From Mytilus trossulus (Eukaryota), in assembly GCF_036588685.1 (NCBI RefSeq), contig NC_086376.1:36332001-36396000 (forward strand): a stretch of 64,000 nucleotides of DNA. Direction: 5' to 3'. This document shows, one piece after another, positions 39,680 to 52,212 of this stretch. A program made the translations under genes and the position numbers. Under the pieces are notes generated by a model that had not been told where the DNA came from, ran no database searches, and was given only the letters and a program-made list of their open reading frames with translations. Each line of letters opens with the position of its first letter. Within the stretch, counting starts at the first letter, position 1.

Positions 39680-40272
39680 GTTGGCATGGGAGTCTAAAAA
39701 AAAAGAAGGTTGGAATTGTTCATACTTTGCCAAAACGTAGTATCTATTGATATATGTTGATAAATATAATAAAAATGATAGGTCACCGCACATTTTTTCA
39801 AGCTACAGGACGTGACAAAATGACACAGTTTGTATGGATTATACAGGGAAAAACACCATTTTGTTATTAGAAATTAAACAAAATGATAGAATTGTTAAAT
39901 ACTTAAGGAAAAGATAGCTTTCAGACAATGCTTTGAGAATATCAACAGAAAAGATAGGGTCACCGTACGTTTTTTCCGGCTAAAATACAAAATAGGAAAA
40001 TTCAATGTAGAATCCTTCAGAAAATGCACTGTTTAAGAGTTACTTCCCCTTAAAATGCCAATTTAAAAAAAATTAAAAACCACCAGAAATAATCAACATT
40101 TGCAGAGATATTTAATAATTATAAGTTATTTTCTTATAAATTGGTTTATTTAAATGAACAATCAATTTAAAAACTTCATTTCTGCATCAAATTTTGCTAA
40201 CTTAATAGAAAATCTGGATCATTGGTTCTCTGTTTTTTACAATCCAAGATGGAGGAAGACACCCATACCACC
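39680..40272. mobile_element. Kolobok-like MITE (TTAA target site duplication)
   Basis: TTAA|gttggcatgggagtct ... agacacccataccacc|TTAA; a related left-end fragment starts at ttaagggag 38591. Confidence 0.7.
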
Positions 40273-40669
40273 TTAAAAGATATATTTCAAACTCGTTGAT
40301 GTATTTTTAGGAACAAATATATTTCTTATATCAAGTTTGTATTCAGGGATTTTACAAAATCCCATGTAATATCACTGAAATTTCATGAATTGTACAACAT
40401 CACTAATTTTAGTCCAGGGATACATTTTCATCTCAAGTTTTCATTACATGTAAATGAAAGTCCATTCTATAACAATGTTTCCATTGACTGATCAGTTGAC
40501 GATTTACGAATCTCTTCATTGCATAAGTATACCTACAATTCAAAAAGAAAACGGTTATTTTTTTTTAGGAAAACGAATGTCTCAAACTGAATTTGCATTG
40601 TGCAGTTTGTTCTTGCATGATCATAATAAAATCATACATCTTTTAAAATTACTGTACAAAAACATGCAT

Positions 40670-41210
40670 AGTTCCTGTTGTACCACTGTCCCAGGTTAGG
40701 AGGAGGGTTGGGACCCCGCTAACATGTTTAAACCCACCACATTATTTATGTATGTGGCTATCCCAAGTCAGGAGCCTGTAATCCAGTGGTTGTCTTTTAT
40801 TTATGTGTAACATATTTGGTTTTAAAAAAAAAATGTTTTTTACATTTTACATAAATAATGCCGTTAGTTTTCTCGTTTCAGTAGTGGCGGATCCAGAACT
40901 TTTCCTAAGGGGGGGGGGGGGCCCTCTGACTGACCTAAGAGGGGGCCCGCTCCTGTCATGCTTCAATGATTCCCTATATATTCAACCAAATTTTTCCCAC
41001 AAAAGGGGGGGGGGACGGGCCCCCCAGGATCCGCCTATGGTTTGAATTGTTTTACATTGTCTTGTCGGGGCCTTTAATAGCTGACTATGCGCATGGGCTT
41101 TGCTCATTGTTGAAGGCCGTTCTGTTACCTATAGTTGTTAATGTCTCTGTAATTTTGGTCTCTTGTGGGTAGTTGTCTCATTGGCAATCATACCGCATCT
41201 TCTTTTTTAT
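40670..41210. mobile_element. High-copy interspersed repeat (ending ...ggcaatcataccacatcttcttttttat) with a nested MITE
   Basis: Same sequence family at 43135-44327, about 25800-25890, 58985-59175 and 63695-63890; interrupts the region homologous to about 29275. Confidence 0.75.
40879..41039. mobile_element. Short CAGTGGCGGATCC-type MITE nested in a repeat
   Basis: Termini cagtagtggcggatcc and ggatccgcctatg; GTTT is duplicated on both sides relative to the host consensus tctcgtttgaattg. Confidence 0.75.
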
Positions 41211-42383
41211 ATAGTGAAATTGAATATAAGTAATAAAATAACATATTTACATTGTTTTCTGATATTTTTTTGTTGCAGGGTTAATATTAGATACAACATT
41301 GCACACTTTGATTTTATATAAGTGCGTTGAACAACACTTAACCCGAAAACGAGTCTATTCGAACATCTGAAATGAAGATGCACATTTGATTAATTTAAAT
41401 AGTTTTACATTTTCCGTTCATACATAAATCTTTAATGTGAATGCTAGTTAAGGTAAAAACTAGAGTGCACACGCTGAATTGTCTCACTTGCTCTATTGAC
41501 CATAGATTTTATGTTGATAGTCCTAGATTTTTATACAAGTATCACATTTACTTAATAACATGATCCAAGAAAATGAGGTCAAGTTCAGATACACCAACCA
41601 AGAAATACATGTTCACAATTATAATCATTCCATACACTGTATGCTTATAATATACTAGGAACAGACCAAGCCATAGAAACTGTATACACATAAATGAAAA
41701 ATGAAAATAAGGTCAAGGTCAGATGAACCCTGCCATACAGACATGCACACATTACAATCGATCGATCGATTATTTAAGTTGACTTATTACATAATTTATC
41801 GAAAAAAAACCTTGTACATTAAAACTCAACATTGATCGATAAACCATGAGAATGAGGTCAATGTCATATGATATCTGCTAAACAGTCAAAGAAGACAAAT
41901 CATGTCTTCTTTGACTGTTCGCAACGTTAAAATACTGAATCCAAGGGATGTGTTTTAGTTGATTTTAGTTTCTGATGCAAGATTTTTTAATTATTAATTG
42001 TTCTGTTTTTTGGCTTTTAAGTAGCTGTAAGTAACTGTGGATACTCTCAAATCTTACTTTTGGATCTTATCTATATACACGCTTTTATATTTTGGAATTG
42101 CTACAATTTTTCACTTCTTCGTACTATGAACATCAAAGAAAGGGGGGGACCTCGAAGCATATTTTTTTCTAAGCCATAATATTCATTTTCAAAATCTGTT
42201 GCCTCACTTACTCCATACGTATTATGTGTTCCCCGTTTAACATTTATTGAGACATGTGTAATCGCTTGCTTGAAACTTTTTTCAAGTCCTACTATACAGT
42301 TTATAACCTCGCTTGCTTTCGTTCACAAAAACTATCTGCATTGCAATGTAGATTTATCCCTCTTCGGTTGCTTTCTTTAACGG

Positions 42384-42841
42384 TTAGAATCATATTCAAA
42401 ACAGTGTGGTCCTGGCCATTGATTGACGACCTAAATTATCCCATTGACTGGGACAGATTAGGTGAACGTTTGCTGGTAACAATCACTGCTCACTATGTAC
42501 TTTTTAAAGACACTGAATCTGTGGGGTCACCAAAGGTTCTTAACGCCTAAATAAAGCAATTCGAAAAACGAATCCGGAATAATACGATGTGTTGATTTAT
42601 ATCAATAATATCAATAATATAAATCAAAACATAAAGGTTATTCCTGAATATTTTTTTCAAATTATTTTATTATTAAAGGCGTTAAGAACCTTTGGTGACC
42701 CACACAGTTTAAATTCTATAATAAGTAAGAAGTGAGCAATGGTCGTTACAGACAAACGTTCACCTAATCTGTCACAGTCAAAGGGATTCTTAAGGTCGTC
42801 AATCAATGGCCAGGACCACACTGTTTTGAATATGATTCTAA
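42384..42841. mobile_element. Fold-back MITE with ~170-bp TIRs
   Basis: ttagaatcatattcaaaacagtgtggtcctggccattgattgacgacct...ggtcaccaaaggttcttaacgcct is mirrored at about 42676-42841. Confidence 0.85.
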
Positions 42842-43134
42842 TTCCGTTTTTTAAAATGGTGTTAATTTCTGTTCATCTTGTTTCTCCGGAGCACTTAGGG
42901 ACAAGATTTGTCCGAATTTCAACCCATTATATACCTTTACTGGTACTTGTGCTATATTTGCTTTATGGAAAGAAATATAGATATATACATGTATGTATTG
43001 AAATTCTCAGTTTGAAGAATAGAAAAATAAGCATGCCTTCTTCTCCGCTCAGCAGAGGCTGTATTTTGCACTAGGAGTAAACGACTGAAAAAAAAGAAGT
43101 TGAAGCAACTACGTGCTCGGGCAGAACATTACGT

Positions 43135-44327
43135 TCCTGTAAATTGTTAACTTGTGAACTAGCGATCATACCACTGCGAGTACTCTCAGATCTGTTCATT
43201 GTGTCTTCTTGTGTCGGGATGTATAAGTACCCAGCCACGTCCACTTTTAATTTTTGTCTATCTGATGTATGTGCTTGTCCCAAGTCAGGAGCCTGTAATA
43301 TAGTGGTTGTCGTTTGTGTATGTGTTACATATTTGTTTTTCGTTCATTATTTTACAGAAATAAGGCCGTTAGTTTTTTCGCTTGAATTGTTTTACATTGT
43401 CTTATCGGGGCCTTTTATAGCTGACTATATGCGGTATGGGCTTTGCTCATTGTTGAAGGCCGTACGGTGACCTATAATTGTTAATGTTTGTGTCATTTTG
43501 GTCTTTTGTGGATAGTTGTCTCATTGGCAATCATACTACATCTTCTTTTTTATAGTATTGTTTCGTCTTAGAGGCATGATTTTTTTTATTAGTTGTTAGT
43601 GCCTTTGAACTAGCTGTCAGATAACTGCGAGTGCTCTCATATCTGTTCATTGTGTCTTTTTGTGTCGGGATGTATTAGTACCCGGCCATGTCCACTTTTA
43701 TTTTTTGTCTATCTCATGAGTTAAGCCGTTTTCAATAGATTTTTATAGTTTGTTTCTTATGTTGTACTGTTATACCACTGTCCCAGGTTAGGGGGATCCC
43801 GCTAACATGTTTAACCCGCCTGATTAATGATGTATGTGCCTGTCCCAACTCAGGAGCCTGTAATTAGTGGTTGTCGTTTGTTTATGTGTTACATATTTGT
43901 TTTTCGTTCATTTTTTTACATAAGTAAGGCCGTTAGGTTTCTCGTATGAATTGTTTTACATTGTCTTATAGGGGCCTTTTATAGCTGACTAGCGGTATGG
44001 GCTTTGCTAATTGTTGAAGGCCGTACGGTGACCTATAGTTGTTAATATTTGTGTCATTTTGGTTACTGTTGATTCATTAATATTCGTTGTATACCAATTT
44101 TCGTGGATTTAGTGGGTACAGGAGAACCACGAATTCAAATGTTCAACGAAATACAAATTTTGTAAAGGAATGAGTGTAGACTTTGCCAAAACCACGAAAT
44201 TAAATATCCACGAATATGCTAGTTTTCCTCAAACCACGAAAATTGGTACCCACGAAAATAAATGAATCCACAGTATTTGTGGATAGTTGTCTCATTGGCA
44301 ATCATACCACATCTTCTTTTTTTATAT
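43135..44327. mobile_element. Two head-to-tail copies of the high-copy interspersed repeat
   Basis: Near-identical blocks (gaactagc...actgcgagt...gtcccaagtcaggagcctgtaa...ggccgtacggtgacctata...catcttcttttttata) at about 43135-43553 and 43570-44327. Confidence 0.8.
44066..44273. mobile_element. Tc1/mariner-type MITE nested in a repeat
   Basis: TA|ctgttgattcatt...aatgaatccacag|TA, with internal ccacgaa repeats. Confidence 0.8.
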
Positions 44328-45836
44328 AGAATGTTAAAATTTGTATTTATTGGAAATGAATAAAGACTACACTTTACAAATTGTGTGTCCGAAACGCTTT
44401 TCTATGATTGCCGTCATAAACGCTCAAATCCAAATATTTTGAAGCCAAGGACGTATAAGTAAAACACACAAGAAGAGCACTTTGAATTAATAGGACCAAA
44501 CTATACTAACTAATATCCAGCACAGGTCATGAGGAAGTTGGAATGTGACGGTGTAGTACAAATCAATTCAGGACAAAAACAGATAGTTTTCTTTGCACAA
44601 TAAAAATATGATGTCCGCTCCAAGTACGAGGAATCAGATTTAAAGTTACGTGGTAACATATATTGACAAACCATAACATAGGCAACACGGATAGGCAGAC
44701 ACGTGCAAACTCACGAGGAGGTCCCTTAGTAAAGGTGCAACATGAAAAGTTTGTGCATTAACCACATATGAAGACCCTCAAGGGAAGCCCGAATTCCGTC
44801 CTCATAGCCCCCGTACATTGTAATCTGCCTCTTGAAGGTTATTGTATTTATAAACTCCAGTCATGCAACCCTTGTATTCTGATGAAAGATGAATATTCAT
44901 ATGACCTGAAGTTCATAACATGGAGAAGTATGTATCCCTCTGTTAACAACTGATATATTTTCATATGAAAAAAGATAAATATGCTAGTAAGTTGTTTCAA
45001 CAACTTAGCTTATAACAAAGCTAAGTCATTATAACAACTTACAATAAAACTCCATCCTGACACTAGTCGGCTTCCGTACAACTCCAATCTTATATGACTT
45101 GGGATTGTATGTTTTCCTAATAATGGTACAGGGTTTCTGGTTTTCTTCCACCAATAAAAATTGACTGTTACGAAATAGGACAAAACTGCTGAGAGGAGCA
45201 TTGAACACTAATCAATCAATCAAGACCTGCATTCAATGTAAGTTTTAATGTTATTGGCTCATAAGCTATTTCATGCTTTCATTATTTTTCCTAATATTAG
45301 GTTTCTTATGAAATGTTAAAAAATATCTAAGTAGTGCAATGAAATATGACACATTGGAAAAATAATTTTATTTTAATTTTATGTACAAAAATAGTATGTA
45401 CATATAATAGTATGCAATATGATTGTCTTTCTATTATTGCTTTTGGTATCGTATAAATACATTCAATCTGCTTCATACTGGATATTTTATTATATATATG
45501 TTGGCCACTGCAATTTGGTCCTTGGACTGTGTTACAGCCAACTTTTGCCATTACTGCTAAAACTGACTAGGAACATTATACATGTACAGCGAAGCCAAGT
45601 CATAATTACACAAAGGATTAAACTAAGTATATCAAACTGTGTTGAAAATAACATACATGCACCAAAGATCGTCTTTTGAAAATATGAAACATGCATGTGT
45701 CACACAATTAGATTTTTTTTAAATTATCTTCATCCTTTTTCCTGCTACGTCAATTATATATGGAGGTATGCACCAAATATCTTCTTTTGAAAATATGAAT
45801 TGTGTTTTTATCAAACAAACAGAATGTTGTTACTTT

Positions 45837-48800
45837 TTAGGAGTCTGTAGGATTGTTATTTTCGTCCATTTTTCTGCGATATCGTTTACTTCTGGCGTTT
45901 GATGTTTTTGGTTTTGGTGTATTTGGTGGCATAGGATTAAATTGTGCGGGTAACATAGGAATAGTTTGTGTCTTGATATTCGTTCCAGAGAGGACTTTTA
46001 TAATTTGCCAATTTGAAGACAGAGTTTCTGTTGGTTGACTTTGGTTACCGTTCGTTATACAATCTGGAATAAGTTTTTTCACAAATGTTTTCATTGCTGA
46101 TTTCAATGTACCACTATTTTCTCCTACACCTTGAAAATCACCTATTGTACTTTCTGAGCTCGAGCTTTGATTGTCATCTAAGGCATCACTTATGCTTTGA
46201 ATGACTGCAATATGCTTATCATGCAGTTTCTTGAATACTTCTATCGCTTTGCTGTAACTCATATTTTCGATGACAGGAAACAGGTCTTTTTCTTGCACCT
46301 GATAAAACCCTATCAGTTCGTTATCATCCAGTTGGTGAAAGATGTCTTCAGTTGGATATTCATCACCCATTGCAATATCCATCATACTATGATATTGGTC
46401 TTGTGCTATGTTATTGACCGATTTTTCTCTTTCTGTCTGCTCTCTGATATTCTCAAAAATCTGCTCTGGTTCTGGTTTTGACAAAGGCATTGATTTCACA
46501 ACTTTACTTTTATCTTTCTTTTCATTACTCATCTTTTTCAAATTTAGTGACCAAGTATGAATTTGATCTGGCGCTGGGTAGCTGTCCGGGATTTCTATAT
46601 ATGTTTGCTTTCTGGCATTCCTTTTTTGTGTTCCTTTGGCACAATATTTTTCAGTTACGATTTTGCATACTTTTTCACTTTTGCTTTTAGGTATATAGCA
46701 ACTTTTATCAGATGCCTTATGTAGCCTGGAAAACCGGTACTTTCTCTCAGAGATGTAGCGATCTTTACTAGATGTCTTTTGCAGCCTTAAAGTTGGAAAC
46801 TTATTCTCCCAGTTTACCCTTTTCAAAGCGAGTTCTGAGTTCATATCTAAAGCTCCACCGTTTGTTGTTGTCTCAGCAGTTTTCTGTGGAGCTGACATAG
46901 ACGTTGATTGCGTTGGAATAACTTCACTTTTCTCTTTCTTTTCATTATCACTTTTGCTTTTAGGGATATAGCATTTTTTATCAGATAAAAGATGCAGTCT
47001 TGAAAATCGGTACTTCCTATTACTGGCGTAGTTAATTTTACGAGATGTTTTTTGCAGTCTAAAAGTTCTATACTGATTTTTCCACTCTGGCCTTATAGAA
47101 CATAATTCTAGGCTCATATCAAAAATTTCATTGGAAGCTGTTGTCTCATCTGGTTGCTGTGGTGCTGGTTTGGACATTGATTCTGTTGACATATGTTTAC
47201 TTGTATCTTTCTTTTCATCTCTGATCTTGTTTACAATTAATTTCTTTTTGGAGTTTTGTGGCAAGTGCTGCAATGGTGGAAGCAGTTTGTGAGTACCAGG
47301 GCGATTAGTGCAAGGGTGCTCTTGCATGCATGTTTGCACTTTGTCAGGTAACACTGGTGGTAGTTTAAGAGTAATTTCAGGTAGTTCTTTCGCGTATATC
47401 ATCTTCTTGTTAGGTAACAATGGTTGTCGTTTTAGAGTCTCTGAGTATGACTCTTCCACGTATTTAATCTTCTTGTTTGTAAGCAGTAGTGGTAGTTTTA
47501 CTGGAGAAGAGGGATACTTTTCCTCGTATTTCGTTTTCTCCTTATCTAGCATATGTGGCAGTTTTAGTGGAAGAGGAGTTTTCGATCTATTAGCATGCTT
47601 TTGGAGCTTGTTCCTTTGTGTCTCCTCCTTTTTAGAATGATTTTCAGTTTCCTTGCTTTCCATAGATAGTTGAAACATATTATACTCAACTTCAAGTTCA
47701 TGATTCAGGAAACTCAGTTCTGACTCGGATCTACGCAATGTGCAGCAAGAGTCAACACACTCGCCTGTAATGCACTTGTCGGATTCTAGTATATTTTCAT
47801 GAATTGGTGTCATCACGTGTGTTCTACCAGTTCTCCCAATATATAACGTGGTGTCATCAATAATGACAGCGTTGGCTTCGGTCATTTTTCTTTTATACTT
47901 GTTTAAGCTACCATTTGAAGACATCAGGAGTTCCTCGTTGAACAGTTGGTTATGTTCGCGTTTCACGTGAAGAAGGAATCTAGAAAATGGATTTTGAATT
48001 CTTGAGCGGTTGCTCCTTTCAATTGTTTTGTAAACATTTTTCAGGGTTTTCTGTTTATCAAGAAAAAACTGTTTCTGTGTCCTTAAGTAATGAAGCCTTT
48101 CTTTCATGGAGATTTGTAAATTGTGCATGCATCGCTTCACGACATGTCTGTCAGCCTCAATAAAATCGATCCATTGCTCTATTTCTTGCCTCAACCTATT
48201 CTCGGAAAGTTTGCTTGGTTGCATGTTTTGTAGCTTGTTGGAGGTTGTATGGATTGCTTCCTCTTTTTCTTGAATTAAACACTTCCAGTTGGCAAGCAAT
48301 CTGAAATCATGTTTTATTTTCGTTCTTAATGTAATGTATAACGATTTGCTACATAAAATAGCGCTTCTTAAACATGATCCTAGTATATAACGTTATTGTC
48401 TCACATAAATCAGTTGTATATATAGAACTGGACTATTATGAATATCATAACACCAAAAAGTAGTGGCTAAATTTAAAAACAAAAAGTATGGGCATTTCTA
48501 ATTTACGATTCTAAAGTAGCGATAATACAAAAACGAATGCCAAACCATTATATAATTTTACGTCTTTCTGTGCTAGAGGCATATATCAGTGTCTCTTTTT
48601 TAAGTTTTTGTAAATTTCATTTAGTTTGACATTTCATATCCGTTTTGTGAGGGTTTTGTTTGTCGAAGATATATCATTGTCGTAAGGATGTGGCATATGA
48701 TTACGGTACATATTGCTGTACTTTATAGTTTGGGACTACTTTTTTGATATTGTCTCATATTCTGTATTTGTTTAAAGATAAACTAGACTTACTCATTCCC

Positions 48801-50373
48801 TGTCCTGTTTACGTATTCCACTGTGTCATACTCTATCTCGAATTTCTGGCTTCTTCTTGATCCGACTACAAAATACACAAAGCTTTGTATTAGTTAATGA
48901 TGTGGTGTGATGATCTACATTAGACAATCCACATTTTGCATTCAGTCTGATCTATTGTCATCGTTTAATTCTGTTCGATTTTTCAATTTGAATAAATGAG
49001 TTGGGAATATATAATAATGAAATGATGAAATAGCATCAAAACGAAAATTAAGAAGAAAGAAAAGACATACAGAAGTCAAGTATATACAGTTTAAAGAATA
49101 TAATTATGAACAATGTCAAGCTCCGAGAAGAAAAGTTGCTCACAAAAAAGATACGCTTAGAACTGTGATCAACACTTTTTCGAAAGGACAGAAACATGAA
49201 GTATAGATGACCATTACCTATTGCTAGGTTTTAGACATAGAACAGACATATCAGTGGTGGTTCGAAAAGAGGGGAGGGTACGGGAGTTTGAACCATCCCT
49301 TTTTTCGGCATTGGTCGTAAAATAAAAGGGAGTTCCAACCCTAGACCCTTCCCTTTTTGGAGCAGGTTAAAGGAACAGGGATGACACACTGCTGTTCTAT
49401 AGTGTAATACTTTTCGTCCTTTCGAAAAGTTATGACTAATTGTATATTTTTTTTTAGGATAGCCAGATTTTAACTACTTTATCAAAATCAAAACACATAA
49501 ACGCATCGGAATTCCGTTCTCGTCAAGCTCTCTCTAATTGTTTTCTAAACGAACCAATAGTATTCAATTAAAACAAATAGTCCGGTGTTAAACAAACCGA
49601 TGAGGGAATAACACGCTACGGAGTGTCTCCTTAAACTTACTTTTTTCTGTTTTCTTCTTGTGCACAGTCTGCTTTGTAGGTGCTATATTTTCGACTTTCT
49701 CACTACAAAAAAAGAGAAAAAATAAGTTTAAGTTTTCACATTTTCTCAGAAAGAAAAGCAATCACCCGTATAAAGGAAAGATGTTTTGTATAACGGAGGC
49801 ATTATGTTTTAATTTGGGGTCAAAATAGATTGTTTGCTGGACAAAAACGGAGATATAGTACCTCGTTGACAAATAGTTCAAGATTTCTTTACAGTACTTT
49901 ATATTGCTTATCAGCCATGATTATATTACTTATTATGTTTTACCATAGTTTTATATAACCTACAATTTACACCGTATTGTTTTTTTCGTTTAAATCTTCT
50001 TCTTTTTTTTAAATCCCATCATTATATTAAGATCCAGTAGTAGTGGTTTCTGAATTTCAAATGTCACTTTGATTTAGTTGCGGTCAACGTTTAAAGCGCT
50101 GGGTTTGATTTTGATTTTTTTTTTACTAGAGGGGCATCCTTATGTTGCAATATTTTGATTCGTTTTCTAGCAAATGAGTTAACTTTAATCCAACTACCCT
50201 TGTTAGGCTGCATATGGTTCTATTTATACAAATTATAATGGTAATAAAGATTTAAACAAAACATTTCGAACATTAAGTACAGTTCTATATTTCTTTAATA
50301 TACATACATTATTAAAATTAGCATAAATTAATGTTAGATATGCTTACCGATCCTTCTTTGTTCTTTCTCCCAT
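45837..50373 (-). CDS. Uncharacterised Lys-rich repeat-containing protein, paralog B (4 coding exons: 50373-50348, 49702-49641, 48865-48793, 48300-45837; 874 aa)
   Basis: Same splice sites and phases as paralog A; CDS 2625 nt open; all length differences from A are in frame (6, 32 and 1 aa, plus a stop 2 codons earlier). Confidence 0.85.
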
Positions 50374-51009
50374 AATTTTTCGTATTCACTGATTGAAATA
50401 ATTCAATAATGGTTCTCTTCTTTTATAATCACTGCTTACTGCGACAGATGAAACTGTGTAGTGAAGGATGGGAGGTGCCGTCACTTTGACAACGTTTCTT
50501 CTCTTGTGACGTTACGCTACCGTCGCAGCCTTTACAATACATGCAATATTTCAACGCACACATTAGGTTTTACGTCTGTCAAGACAGTTTTGTAAATTAT
50601 GTACAGTACTGCAAAAGTTTTCATCTACGGACAATCCACATATCATTAATATACAGAAGATACGAAAATCGGGCGCGGATTCAGACATTAGGAATGGGGG
50701 AATTCATCCCCGGACGACATAATTCATCCGCCAATAAAAATGAGCACTCACAAACCATAAGTCGATTAAAACAGACAATACCATGAACAAAAAGAAACCT
50801 ACAAAAAATACAAATTAAAGTCGAAAACATTACAAAGAATGCTCAAGGAGCAGCCCGAATTCCACAAAATTTTAATTTGTGTCGTGGTATTACTTTTATT
50901 TTCATCGTATCCGAAATTTTATAAAGACGCACAAATTAACTGATTTGATTTCACACAACCGTTTTGATTTGATTTGATTTCTTTTACGTCTACAATGCTT
51001 TGTTTTCGT

Positions 51010-51112
51010 AGTTGGTTCGTTCGTTCGTTCGTCGGATGGTTGGTTCTTTGGTCGGTTCGTTCGTTGGATGATTGGTTCGTACGTTCGTTCGTTCGATCTT
51101 TGTTTGTTCGTT
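51010..51112. repeat. Imperfect (GTTC/GTTG)n microsatellite
   Basis: gttcgttcgttcgttc tracts, more extensive than at the matching position in copy A. Confidence 0.75.
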
Positions 51113-52094
51113 CCTTAAAAATTATGACCTCTTCATAAAAAAAAATGATCATTTAGTAGTAACCTATTATATTTAAGTACAGCACACGGTCATTTTTATA
51201 TAAATTTCTTTCTTTCTTGTACAATTTATGTTGGCATGATACTTAAGCTCTAACGAGAGTATTGTACTTTATTATCATATGATGAAGTCATGATTTTTCG
51301 GTCAGTTTAATTGAGGTCTACGGCTGGCATGTCAGTAACTGCTAGTAGTCCTTTGTAATTGCAAGTAAATTCATGTTGGTCATTGTCATTTTGGTAAATT
51401 ACTTCCGTAACATATTTTAACATCGGACTCAGACTTCATTTGAACTGAGTTTACTGTGCGTATGTCTGTGAGTTTGTTTATTCCGCATTGGCTAGAGGTA
51501 CATGTATATGAGTGGGTTGAGATATCACAAAACCCGCATTTTTTACGCCTGTTCCAAGTCAGGGACTTCTTTCTATTGCTAGTCTTGTGTGGTTTTAGAT
51601 TTTTGTTCATTTATTATTCCGGGTTAAAACTTTTGTGTTGCGTCCTTTTGGTGAAAAAAGTATAAATTATTTTGGGGGTAGGCTGTAGACTGCATCCGGA
51701 TGCTTAATTTGCTCGCTGTATTGAAGACCCTTTGATGACCTTGGGCTTTTTTCTGCTCTTTTGTCGGGTTGTTGTCTCTTTGACACCTTACCGGTTTCCA
51801 TTATCAATTCTATATAAGAAGATGTATGTCAATTAGACAATTAAACAATTGTGTAGGTCAACGAACAACCTTAAATAATGAGAGCAAACCCCAAGATATT
51901 AGAGGACCCGAAATGAAAAGTGCAAAATAAATTATAACTAAATAATCTAACTAAAGTTAAAGTTCTTTAAACGAAAGTTTATAAAATTTGTGAATATAAG
52001 CGAAAATTGTATTTTCATTTCTTGGAACTTTGATGATTGATCCGCCACTGAGTAGCCAAAAAATAACGTAGCTCTATGAAGCAGCTACCGATAT

Positions 52095-52212
52095 CAGTGG
52101 CGGATCCAGAAATGTTCATAAGTGGGGGCCCTTTCAAGTCATGAGCCCCCTTCAGCCATGCTTCAGTGAATCCATATTTAAGCAACCCTGACATCCCCCA
52201 AATCCGCCTCTG
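52095..52212. mobile_element. Short CAGTGGCGGATCC-type MITE
   Basis: cagtggcggatcc...aatccgcctctg flanked by GATAT on both sides. Confidence 0.7.

Larger units (their letters stand above)
40432..52035. repeat. Segmental duplication, copy B (expanded by extra repeat insertions at about 40670-45040)
   Basis: Collinear with 29005-38227; similarity ends at about 52035, next to a gatccgccactg MITE end. Confidence 0.9.

Noticed and set aside
29005-52035. Duplication as a haplotype assembly artefact
   Set aside because: Not favoured, because the copies differ by many substitutions, in-frame indels and distinct insertions; read depth is still needed to exclude it in a highly heterozygous genome
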